From NCBI GenBank assembly GCA_038063435.1, contig JBBTVC010000060.1, forward strand, positions 1 to 39,307: a stretch of 39,307 bases of DNA. Reading direction: 5' to 3'. Position numbers and translations under genes: made by a program. This document shows positions 24,762-33,023 of this stretch, in pieces; positions within the stretch are counted from its first letter, which is position 1, and each line of letters starts with the position of its first letter. The notes under the pieces are model-generated. The model was given only the letters and a program-made list of their open reading frames with translations, made no database searches and was not told the origin of the DNA. Source of the DNA: Patescibacteria group bacterium. Its GTDB lineage: Bacteria; Patescibacteriota; Minisyncoccia; HO2-45-28.

Positions 24762-25967
24762 ATGCGCATTTCATATTCGGCCATAGATACCTATAAAACC
24801 TGCCCGCTCAAATATAAATATCAGGAAATTGATAAAATCAGAGTTCCTAAATCCCGCGAAGCCGTTTTTGGCACTGCCCTGCATCATGCTCTAAAATTCA
24901 TGTTTTCGCGTGACCCCTTATACCCAACTTTAGACGAGGTTATTAATTTTTACGGCGATGAGTGGCAGAGGCTTCGCGATAAGACGGTTTGGTCCGATGA
25001 ACGCGTTGAGAAGTTGTTTAACGAGCACGGCATTAAAATTCTGACTAAATTTTATAAACAAAATCAGCCGTGGAATTTTAATGTTTTGGATTTAGAGTCC
25101 CGTTTTGAACTTCCCTTGGAAGATAAGAAAAACAACGAGACTCACACTCTTGCGGGCATAATTGACCGTATTGATAAGCCCGACGATGAAACGTATGAAA
25201 TAGTGGATTACAAAACCGGCAAACGCCTCCCCTCTCAAGAAACTTTGGACAAAAACCTTCAGCTCTCAATTTATCATCTGGGTCTTTTAAACCGCTGGCC
25301 CAATATTTCGGGTAAAAAAGTCCGCTTAACTTTGCATTATCTGGCGCACGGAGAAAAAATATCCACCGAACGCAGTTTGGAAGATCTTGCTCGGACTAAA
25401 GAAAAAATTCTTGAAGTTATCCGTGAAATCGGGAAACGCCGGGAAACACAAAATGATTTTTCGCCGACGCCCTCCCCTCTTTGCGATTGGTGCGGATACA
25501 AGCCGATATGCCCGGTCTGGAAGCATCTTTATGAAAAAGACAAATCCCCGACTCCTGACGATACTAAAATTCGTGAAATTATAGCCGAGTATTTTAAACT
25601 CAAAGACGAGTCAAAAGATAACACCAGCCGTCTGAAAGAACTGCAAATACAGCTGGCTGACTGTATGCGCGAAAAAAACGTTCTGCGTCTTTTTGGCGAC
25701 GAGGGCTATGTTTCAAAATCTATAAAGACCGCCAAAAAATACGATTTAAACAAGGTTGAAGAAATTTTGCGTCCGATTGGCAAATGGGAGGAAGTATTGA
25801 AAGCCGATGAAAAGAGGCTTGAAGAGCTTCTTCCCGCCCTGCCGCCGGATATAGCCGAAAAAATAAATGCTGTTGCGGTTATTAAAACATCCGAATTTTT
25901 AACCGTAACCAAAAAGAAAATTTCATTTGAAAACAATAAATCTATATCCGGCGAAGTTCCAGAATAG
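24762..25967 (+). CDS. PD-(D/E)XK nuclease of the Cas4/AddB type with 4-Cys Fe-S cluster motif and ~130-aa C-terminal extension
   Basis: C14 (YKTCPLKY) plus C241-x2-C244-x5-C250 (CDWCGYKPIC) gives the Cas4/AddB Cys pattern. Nuclease core GIIDRID ... EIVDYK and QLSIY (QxxxY). Confidence 0.75.
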   Translation: MRISYSAIDTYKTCPLKYKYQEIDKIRVPKSREAVFGTALHHALKFMFSRDPLYPTLDEVINFYGDEWQRLRDKTVWSDERVEKLFNEHGIKILTKFYKQNQPWNFNVLDLESRFELPLEDKKNNETHTLAGIIDRIDKPDDETYEIVDYKTGKRLPSQETLDKNLQLSIYHLGLLNRWPNISGKKVRLTLHYLAHGEKISTERSLEDLARTKEKILEVIREIGKRRETQNDFSPTPSPLCDWCGYKPICPVWKHLYEKDKSPTPDDTKIREIIAEYFKLKDESKDNTSRLKELQIQLADCMREKNVLRLFGDEGYVSKSIKTAKKYDLNKVEEILRPIGKWEEVLKADEKRLEELLPALPPDIAEKINAVAVIKTSEFLTVTKKKISFENNKSISGEVPE

Positions 25968-26327
25968 GCCGGCGATAGCACCTGCCGCGGCACCGACATT
26001 GGCCCAAATTTTCGGGCTTAACCCAAACTGGGCCGGTATGAGATTGACCACCAAGGACGCCGCGCCGACATTTATTATGGCGCCCACGATACTGATGGCG
26101 AGAAATTGGGCGTATTCTTTGGCAGTTTTTTCTTCATGCGACTCAAAAACCCAAAGGCGGTTCCAGACATAGCTGTTTATATTGGCTCCGGCAAAACTAA
26201 TAGTCTTAAAAACGGAGTAATATATTCCGGCGGTAAAACCGGTTGAAAAAATCAGGAGGTTTAAAATCCCGAAGTCAATCGCGGTGTTCAAAATGCCCAC
26301 CAAAACGAATCTTACGAATTTTATCAT
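25923..26327 (-). CDS. GtrA-family membrane protein
   Basis: 134 aa with 4 TM segments. GtrA-like N-terminus FVRFVLVGILNTAIDFGILNLL, internal YVWNRLWVF and C-terminal WNFAGYRFIVF. ATGA overlap with the upstream ATPase gene. Confidence 0.75.
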   Translation of the reverse strand: MIKFVRFVLVGILNTAIDFGILNLLIFSTGFTAGIYYSVFKTISFAGANINSYVWNRLWVFESHEEKTAKEYAQFLAISIVGAIINVGAASLVVNLIPAQFGLSPKIWANVGAAAGAIAGLFWNFAGYRFIVFK

Positions 26328-28741
26328 TGTTGTTTTTGATAACGTCTATTAATTTCTTCTTCAACTTCGTTTCTGGGCCGGCCGTATTTTTGTAAGGATA
26401 AATTTTTAATTAAGGCCGCTGATTCCGTGTCGCTTTTTTGCGGCGCCAATACCCGGATGTTGAATGGTTTTGTGGTTTGCCCGCGCACCAGAAGTTTTAG
26501 ATACGCGTTGAAGTTTTCTATATTCATAAGATCTTGAGTTCCGAAGACGGGCTCAAATTGTTTTTGAACAAATTCGGCATCATCCGCTCCGATGCGAAAC
26601 GAGGCGATTGAGCCGACGTTGCCGAAAACCGCGAGTCTGATGGGGTCTGAAAGCTGTCCTATGAACTGATGCGCGATTATCAAGTCCAGTCTGTATTTGC
26701 GGGCTTCGGAAAGAATGGTCGCGATTGATGGCGTTGTGACATTTTGAAACTCATCAAGATAGAGATAAAAATCGCGGCGTTTTTCCTCCAAGATGTTTAT
26801 TCTTGAAAAAGCGGCCATCATAAGCTTGCCGACGATAATTAAGCCTAAAAGAGAAGCATTGGTCTCCCCCACCCGGCCCTTAGACAGGTTGACCAAAAGA
26901 ATTTTACCGCCGTCAATTATTTCCCTGAATTTAAGCGACGACTGTTCTTGTAAAAGTATCGGCCGCATAAATTCATTGGTTAAAAATGTGTCAAACTTTG
27001 AGGTGATGTAGGGCACCATATTGGCAAGAGCCGCTTCGCCCCCGGCTTTTTCAGCGACGTCTTTCCAAAAAGAGTTGATTACCGGATTTTTTGAGCGGGA
27101 GAGCTTCAATTTACGGAATTCGGCGTCAGACATGACCCGCGAAATTTCAAGAAGAGTGTTGCCTGAAAGCGGGTCTTCCATTACGAGCAGCGTTGAATTT
27201 CGGAAATAAGTTTCAAAAATCGGGCCGAGTGCTTCGGGCACATCAGCGTAAAGTTTGCGAAAAATTTCCAGAAGCTCATTAACGATGAAAGTTTTTTGCT
27301 CGGGATAAGCCGGATCGTATTCCAAAAAATTAAATCCCATCGGGCGAGAGGTCTCGGCCGGGTCAAAGTAAACCACATCGTCAGCGCGGTTTTTTGGAAT
27401 ATAGCCCAGCACCGTTTCAATCATATCGCCGTGCGGGTCAATAACGCAAAGGCCTTCGCCCGACTCAATATCCTGTTTAATCATATTTTGTAAAAGCGTG
27501 GTTTTGCCGGTGCCGGTCTGCCCTATTATATAAAGATGTCTGCGCCGGTCGTCCCGGGACAATTTTATCGTGAGACTCTGGCCGCGATAGATATTTTCTC
27601 CGAGTATAATTCCATCGGCCGGAAGTCCGGCGGGCGCTGGCGCGTCTTTGGCTCTTAAAAATTTGAGACTGGGCGCTATGGCAGTTCCCGTAGGAAAATG
27701 ATAGATGCTTGTCAGTTCGCGAGTGTTTAATGTCACGGCTCTTTTTTTGTCAAAAATTCTGAAGGAAAATCGGTAGATAAAATCGTCTAAATTCCTGCGG
27801 CTGACCGGTTTTAATTCAAAACTGTTGCCTCCGGGCTCCTCGAATTGCCTGAAAGCGCTTCCAAGCTCATGAACAATTGATTCGGCTTCTTCTGAAGTCG
27901 TAGCCGAAGCAACGATGCGGATATTGGCGTTAAGCGCCGGAAATGAAGTTTTTTCTTCAAGTAATTTCAAAGTTTCCTCATCAACCGTTATGCTCTCTTT
28001 TTTGCTTTTTTCCCCGCTTCCGCCGGTAATTAAAAACATTAAAGACTCGCCGAAACCCGATTTTGAGGATTTAATTTTTTTGCCCTCCCGAACCGCTTTA
28101 ACCGAGTTTTTAAGAAGAGATTTAAAATTCTTAGGTCCGTGACTTAAAATAATTTGTACAGCCACGCCCTCCCCCTCTTTTTTAAGTTTTGAAAAAGCAT
28201 TGGCTATGACTTCAAGCGGGTCGGCATCCAGCCGCTGGTAAGTTCTTATAGGTAATACGGGGTTTTCGGCGAGTGTCAGGAATGCCGCGGCAGATGCGCC
28301 CAATGGATTAAAAATATTGTAATCTTCTTTTTTTTCCTCCGCTTTGGCCGATGGGTAAAGGCTTTGTAAGTTTTTTTCAAAAAGCCTTGAGCGGTTTCTT
28401 GGAACCGCGACGTAAAAAATCGCTTCCTCTCCGACTGTAGGCAATGCCAGTTCAAGCGCGAAGCTTGATGGCGCAAACCATCTTTTTTCTATAACCGCGG
28501 ACATGCCGACGTAAAATTGCTCCATTCTGGACACTAAATCTTTGAAAGAAGCCTGTTCTTTTTTGGAATCGGTTTCGCGCGGGAGCGTTATTTCATAAAG
28601 AGCGAATTCCAGCGAAGATAAAAGTTCGCGGCGTTTTTTAAAACGCCTGATTAAGAAAATAGAAACACCCCCGGCTATAAAAACAGCCGAAGCGCCGATA
28701 TATATGTAAAAAAGCTGTTCGAAGGTGAAAAAAGCGGTCAT
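26324..28741 (-). CDS. Membrane-anchored FtsK/HerA-superfamily ATPase, type IV coupling protein (VirD4/TraD/TraG)-like
   Basis: N-terminal TM (residues ~10-31), then a ~370-aa domain I cannot assign. Walker A GQTGTGKT (27500-27523) is followed by CVIDPHGD. Walker B YLYLDEFQN, then ARKYRLDLIIAHQFIGQL and VFGNVGSIASFRIG, as in TraD/VirD4 C-terminal regions. Confidence 0.7.
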   Translation of the reverse strand: MTAFFTFEQLFYIYIGASAVFIAGGVSIFLIRRFKKRRELLSSLEFALYEITLPRETDSKKEQASFKDLVSRMEQFYVGMSAVIEKRWFAPSSFALELALPTVGEEAIFYVAVPRNRSRLFEKNLQSLYPSAKAEEKKEDYNIFNPLGASAAAFLTLAENPVLPIRTYQRLDADPLEVIANAFSKLKKEGEGVAVQIILSHGPKNFKSLLKNSVKAVREGKKIKSSKSGFGESLMFLITGGSGEKSKKESITVDEETLKLLEEKTSFPALNANIRIVASATTSEEAESIVHELGSAFRQFEEPGGNSFELKPVSRRNLDDFIYRFSFRIFDKKRAVTLNTRELTSIYHFPTGTAIAPSLKFLRAKDAPAPAGLPADGIILGENIYRGQSLTIKLSRDDRRRHLYIIGQTGTGKTTLLQNMIKQDIESGEGLCVIDPHGDMIETVLGYIPKNRADDVVYFDPAETSRPMGFNFLEYDPAYPEQKTFIVNELLEIFRKLYADVPEALGPIFETYFRNSTLLVMEDPLSGNTLLEISRVMSDAEFRKLKLSRSKNPVINSFWKDVAEKAGGEAALANMVPYITSKFDTFLTNEFMRPILLQEQSSLKFREIIDGGKILLVNLSKGRVGETNASLLGLIIVGKLMMAAFSRINILEEKRRDFYLYLDEFQNVTTPSIATILSEARKYRLDLIIAHQFIGQLSDPIRLAVFGNVGSIASFRIGADDAEFVQKQFEPVFGTQDLMNIENFNAYLKLLVRGQTTKPFNIRVLAPQKSDTESAALIKNLSLQKYGRPRNEVEEEINRRYQKQQ

Positions 28742-29109
28742 TTTTGCTTTAAAAGCTCAAGAACCAGCCGGTCATGGAAATCGTCAAGCAAGTGCGGGTT
28801 TTTTAAGTGCTTGGCGATATTTACGGCATAAAGTATGCCGTTCTTTTCGGCGACCTTAAGAAGTTCGTCAATTTGTTTGGCGTGCGGTTCACTAGCCAGC
28901 TTGTCGGCCGCTTTCTTGGTTTCATCCGCTACAGCAGCTGTTTGCGCCGGCTGGGGTGAGGCGGTAAATTCTTGAACCACTTCTTTTGCCGCCGTCTCAG
29001 GCTTGAATTCTGCGCCGGATTCGGCAAGCTCTTTTTGCTTTTCGGCAAGTCTCAGTTCCAAGCCCCTGATTTCTTCTTGAATTATTTTTGGCGATTCAAT
29101 ATCAGTCAT
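28738..29109 (-). CDS. Hypothetical acidic coiled-coil protein (123 aa), first gene of the ATPase operon
   Basis: Its stop overlaps the ATPase start (ATGA). Helical K/E-rich N-terminus, an Ala/Thr/Gln/Pro-rich middle, and a conserved-looking C-terminus ILYAVNIAKHLKNPHLLDDFHDRLV. No family recognised. Confidence 0.5.
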   Translation of the reverse strand: MTDIESPKIIQEEIRGLELRLAEKQKELAESGAEFKPETAAKEVVQEFTASPQPAQTAAVADETKKAADKLASEPHAKQIDELLKVAEKNGILYAVNIAKHLKNPHLLDDFHDRLVLELLKQK

Positions 29110-29166
29110 ACATTAATATAATAACATATGATAACAAAATAGGCTTGTTTAAGGTATAATCTGGGT

Positions 29167-30825
29167 ATGCGGAATTCTAAAAGAGCTATTTTTTTGGCGC
29201 TTGCGATATTTCTGGTCGCCGGATTTTTCAGATTTTGGGAGTTAAAAAGCGTTCCGCCCGGGCTTTATCCTGACGAAGCGATGAACGGTAATAATGCCCT
29301 CTTCGCTCTAAAAACCGGAGATTTTTCCTCTTTTTATCCGGAAAATAACGGACGGGAAGGTCTCTTTATAAATATGCAGGCCGGAGCTCTAAGCGCTTTC
29401 GGCAATGAGCCGTGGGCACTCCGTTTTATCTCGGCTATTTTCGGGACATTAACGGTTTTGGGAATTTTTTATCTGGGCCGTGAACTTTTTCGAAATTTTG
29501 CAGGTGTCGGACACCTTAAAATTGCCGGACTTTATTCAAATGAAATCATTGCTCTAGTAGCGTCATTTTTTACGGCTATAAGCTTTTGGCACATCAATTT
29601 TTCGCGGATAGGTTTTCGCGCCATTATGGCGCCGTTTTTCCTTGTTTGGGGGCTGTATTTTTTGTGGCTTCTTTTTAGAGAAGATATTTCTGAATCCGGA
29701 AAATCTTACTCCGCGGCGTTAGGCGGATTTGTGTTCGGTCTTGGCGCAAATTCGTATATCGCCTATCGGGTCGCGCCGATACTGCTCGCCATTCCTCTTT
29801 TAAAAATTTTAAAAAACAAAGGAGGCCAAAAACAGATAGCAATTTTTTTGCTTCTAGCACTTGCCGCGTTTTTGCCGCTCGGCTTTTATTATTTTGGCCA
29901 TCCGCAGGATTTTTTAGGCCGAACCAGTCAAGTTTCTATTTTTTCCGAATCAGACCCGCTTAAATCCTTTTTAATCAATTCGGCAAAGTCCGCCGGCTCC
30001 TTTTGGTTTTCGGGCGATTGGAACCCCCGCCATAATTTACCGGGAGCGCCGCAATTGTGGTGGCCGGTTGGAATTTTATTCGCTCTCGGCCTGATTTTAA
30101 GCGTTTTAAAATATCGCCATCACTTGGCAGTCAAAATTTTATGGCTTTGGCTTTTTATTTTCGCCCTGCCCGTCGTTTTGTCTTCGGAGGGCATTCCGCA
30201 CGCCTTGCGCTCAATAATAATGATTCCGGCAATTATGTTTTTTGCCGGAATGGGATTTTTGGAAGTTTTAACCAGAATTAGCGGCTGGCTCGACTCGCAG
30301 CTTGAGCGCTTTCCGGAAAAAAATAAGCAGATTACGAGAATAAAATTTGAGCTTATCCTGCTTGTGTCAGCTTTTTTTGCGGCCGGAATTATAACGGCTT
30401 ACACTGATTATTTTATGCGCTGGGCAAATCTTACGGATACTTATTTTGCTTTCAATGCCAATTATACTGAAATCGGGCGATGGCTTAATCTACAGCCGAG
30501 CAGCGTTAAAAAATACGTAGTAGTTAATGCCGCGGGCGTTCAAGTCGCGCCACCTGATGATATTCTCGGTGAACCGATGCCGATGCCAGCGCAAACAATC
30601 ATGTTTTTAACCGATACTTGGCCGCAAAGTGAAAGGATTAAGAAAAACATTTATTATATTCTGCCGCAAAATTTATCGCGCGCCGATTGCGCCGAATCTT
30701 GTTTTTTGATTCCGCTTGAATATAACGCGGAAATTGCTTTAAAAATAAAAAAGAACATAAGCGGTCTTACGCTTAGCGTTCGCGCGGGATTCCCAGTCTT
30801 TTATAAAGGCTCGGATATCAGGTAA
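29167..30825 (+). CDS. GT-C fold glycosyltransferase (PMT/ArnT, GT39/GT83-like), 552 aa
   Basis: More than 10 TM segments. An Asp-Glu pair in the first extracytoplasmic loop (LYPDEAMNGNN). Soluble C-terminal domain of about 130 aa. Confidence 0.7.
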   Translation: MRNSKRAIFLALAIFLVAGFFRFWELKSVPPGLYPDEAMNGNNALFALKTGDFSSFYPENNGREGLFINMQAGALSAFGNEPWALRFISAIFGTLTVLGIFYLGRELFRNFAGVGHLKIAGLYSNEIIALVASFFTAISFWHINFSRIGFRAIMAPFFLVWGLYFLWLLFREDISESGKSYSAALGGFVFGLGANSYIAYRVAPILLAIPLLKILKNKGGQKQIAIFLLLALAAFLPLGFYYFGHPQDFLGRTSQVSIFSESDPLKSFLINSAKSAGSFWFSGDWNPRHNLPGAPQLWWPVGILFALGLILSVLKYRHHLAVKILWLWLFIFALPVVLSSEGIPHALRSIIMIPAIMFFAGMGFLEVLTRISGWLDSQLERFPEKNKQITRIKFELILLVSAFFAAGIITAYTDYFMRWANLTDTYFAFNANYTEIGRWLNLQPSSVKKYVVVNAAGVQVAPPDDILGEPMPMPAQTIMFLTDTWPQSERIKKNIYYILPQNLSRADCAESCFLIPLEYNAEIALKIKKNISGLTLSVRAGFPVFYKGSDIR

Positions 30826-30826
30826 A

Positions 30827-32695
30827 ATGTTAATTATGGCAAATCTCCGTATCGCAAACATTGTCGCTGTTTTTCTTCTGACCGTAATGTTTGTGTTGAT
30901 GTTTTTTTCCTCTCTAAACGAGTCGGCGATAATGGATGAGCTTGCGCATATTCCGGCCGGTTATTCATATCTTACGCAAAAAGATTATCGCTTGAATCCG
31001 GAACATCCGCCGCTCGCTAAAGATTTGGCCGCTCTACCGCTGACTTTTTTAAATATCAATTTTCCAACGGATGTAAAAGCCTGGTCCGAAGACATTAACG
31101 GCCAGTGGGATATGGGACGCATTTTTCTTTATGAGTCGGGCAATAATCCTGACCGAATACTTTTTTGGTCAAGACTGCCGATGATGCTTTTAGCTTTGCT
31201 TTTCGGCTGGCTGATTTTTGAGGGAGCGCGCCGTCTTTATGGCGATGGCGTCGGGCTTTTAACTCTTTTATTCTACAGCTTTTCGCCGACCTTCATCGCC
31301 CATTCGCGCTATGTAACTACGGATTTGGCCGCGGCTTTCGGATTTTTTATAGCCATTGCGGCATTTGTCCGTTATCTTGCCTCTCCTGACGCCAAGCGCC
31401 TTTTTCTTGCCGGCCTGTCTTTGGGCATAGCTTTTCTTTTGAAATTTTCTTTAGTTCTTTTGATTCCCTTTTTCACGCTCGTGTTATTGTTTTGGGGATA
31501 TCTTGTCCAGATGGACGCTCTACGCGAACTTGAGGGAAATTGGGCCAGAATTCGCCGGCTTTTTGCCGTATGGGGTGTTTTGATTTTAAAGCTCTGCGCA
31601 ATTTTTGCTATCGCCGGTTTTATAGTTGGCGCGGTTTATCAGTATCATGTTTGGAATTATCCGATTGAACGGCAAATCAGCGATTCGGCATTGCTTTTAT
31701 CATCTTTTGGTTTAAGGCCGGCGGTTGATTTTACATTATGGATGGCGTCAAATCCGGTTTTGAGGGGCCTGGCCGAATATTTACTCGGCCTATTAATGGT
31801 CGTACAGAGGGCTACCGGAGGAAATACGACTTATTTTTTGGGAGAGATTTCAAATAGAGGGTGGTGGTATTACTTTCCTGTTGCTTACCTTTTGAAAGAG
31901 CCCCTCGCTTTTTTGATTCTCGCCGTTCTTGCGATAGTTGTTGCGGTCAAATCGGCGCGTCAAGCCCATGAAAAATCAGTTGCCGTGGCTTTAGAATGGA
32001 TGCGCGATAATTTTTTTCTGACCACCGGAATGATTTTTATCGCCGTCTACTGGTTGCAATCAATGAGGAGTCCGCTTAATATCGGCGTGCGCCATGTCCT
32101 CCCAACATATCCCTTTATTTATCTATTAGTTGCGCGGGAGCTGATGCGCTGGCTGAAATCGTATTCTCTTTTAGACCCCCAGAGCATTGGCGAGTGGATT
32201 TATTTGTTTTACGAACGCTGTATAAAATCCCTGCCCCGATATTTTTTGATGATAATTCTTATTTCATGGATGGTTTTAAGCGTTGTGGTTGCGTTCCCCC
32301 ACTATCTTTCTTACTATAACGAACTTGCCGGAGGTTCTAGACGCGGATACAAATACATAGTTGATTCCAATTACGACTGGGGGCAGGATTTAAAAAGGCT
32401 TAGTGATTTTATCGAGAAAAACAATATAGAAAAAATAGCCGTGGATTATTTCGGCGGCGGTTCCCCTGCCTATTATCTTAAAGATAAGTATGTTTCGTGG
32501 TGGTCGGGCCGTGGCAAGCCCGATTCGGCATCGGGCGGACCGAAATGGCTTGCGGTTTCAGCGAGCACTCTTCAAGGGGCCTTGGGTCGGACGGTTGAGG
32601 GTTTTACGAAAAAGCCAGAGGATTCATACCTCTGGCTTGAAAACCTGACGCCCTACGCCCGCGCCGGCCAATCCATATTTATATATAAGTTCTAA
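30827..32695 (+). CDS. GT-C fold glycosyltransferase paralogue (PMT/ArnT-like), 622 aa
   Basis: Polytopic, with a first-loop DE motif (IMDELAHIPAGYSY) and a C-terminal soluble domain. It starts 2 nt after the preceding GT-C gene. Confidence 0.65.
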   Translation: MLIMANLRIANIVAVFLLTVMFVLMFFSSLNESAIMDELAHIPAGYSYLTQKDYRLNPEHPPLAKDLAALPLTFLNINFPTDVKAWSEDINGQWDMGRIFLYESGNNPDRILFWSRLPMMLLALLFGWLIFEGARRLYGDGVGLLTLLFYSFSPTFIAHSRYVTTDLAAAFGFFIAIAAFVRYLASPDAKRLFLAGLSLGIAFLLKFSLVLLIPFFTLVLLFWGYLVQMDALRELEGNWARIRRLFAVWGVLILKLCAIFAIAGFIVGAVYQYHVWNYPIERQISDSALLLSSFGLRPAVDFTLWMASNPVLRGLAEYLLGLLMVVQRATGGNTTYFLGEISNRGWWYYFPVAYLLKEPLAFLILAVLAIVVAVKSARQAHEKSVAVALEWMRDNFFLTTGMIFIAVYWLQSMRSPLNIGVRHVLPTYPFIYLLVARELMRWLKSYSLLDPQSIGEWIYLFYERCIKSLPRYFLMIILISWMVLSVVVAFPHYLSYYNELAGGSRRGYKYIVDSNYDWGQDLKRLSDFIEKNNIEKIAVDYFGGGSPAYYLKDKYVSWWSGRGKPDSASGGPKWLAVSASTLQGALGRTVEGFTKKPEDSYLWLENLTPYARAGQSIFIYKF

Positions 32696-33012
32696 CCCAG
32701 TTTTATATCTTTAATTAAGAGCTCGCTATAATGCTGGCGGTGTCCCTTTTTGGTGCGGACCCTGGCTTTGGGCCTATAACGAAAAACTATTATTTTTTTA
32801 GCCCTCTTATTGCCTAAAATCTCGGCTTTGACTTCGGCTCCGCTAACTACCGGCTGGCCGACGCTGACCTTGTCGCCTTCCCCGCAAAGCAGAACTTTAT
32901 CAAATTTAATTTCGCTCCCCTTTTCGGGGACGTCTATTTTCTCGGTTCTCAATTTTTTTCCGGGTTCAACAAGATATTGCTTGCCCGCAATTTCCACTAT
33001 CGCGAATTTCAT
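32692..33012 (-). CDS. rplU: 50S ribosomal protein L21
   Basis: MKFAIVEIAGKQYLVEPGKKL ... KKGHRQHYSELLIKDI aligns along its length with E. coli L21. Confidence 0.9.
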   Translation of the reverse strand: MKFAIVEIAGKQYLVEPGKKLRTEKIDVPEKGSEIKFDKVLLCGEGDKVSVGQPVVSGAEVKAEILGNKRAKKIIVFRYRPKARVRTKKGHRQHYSELLIKDIKLG

Positions 33013-33023
33013 ATTATAAGATT

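Noticed and set aside
26324-28741. Conjugative element or complete type IV secretion system.
   Set aside because: Only a coupling-protein-like ATPase is present. The window has no relaxase, VirB4, VirB6, VirB8-10, integrase or oriT-like repeats, and the flanking genes are chromosomal housekeeping genes.
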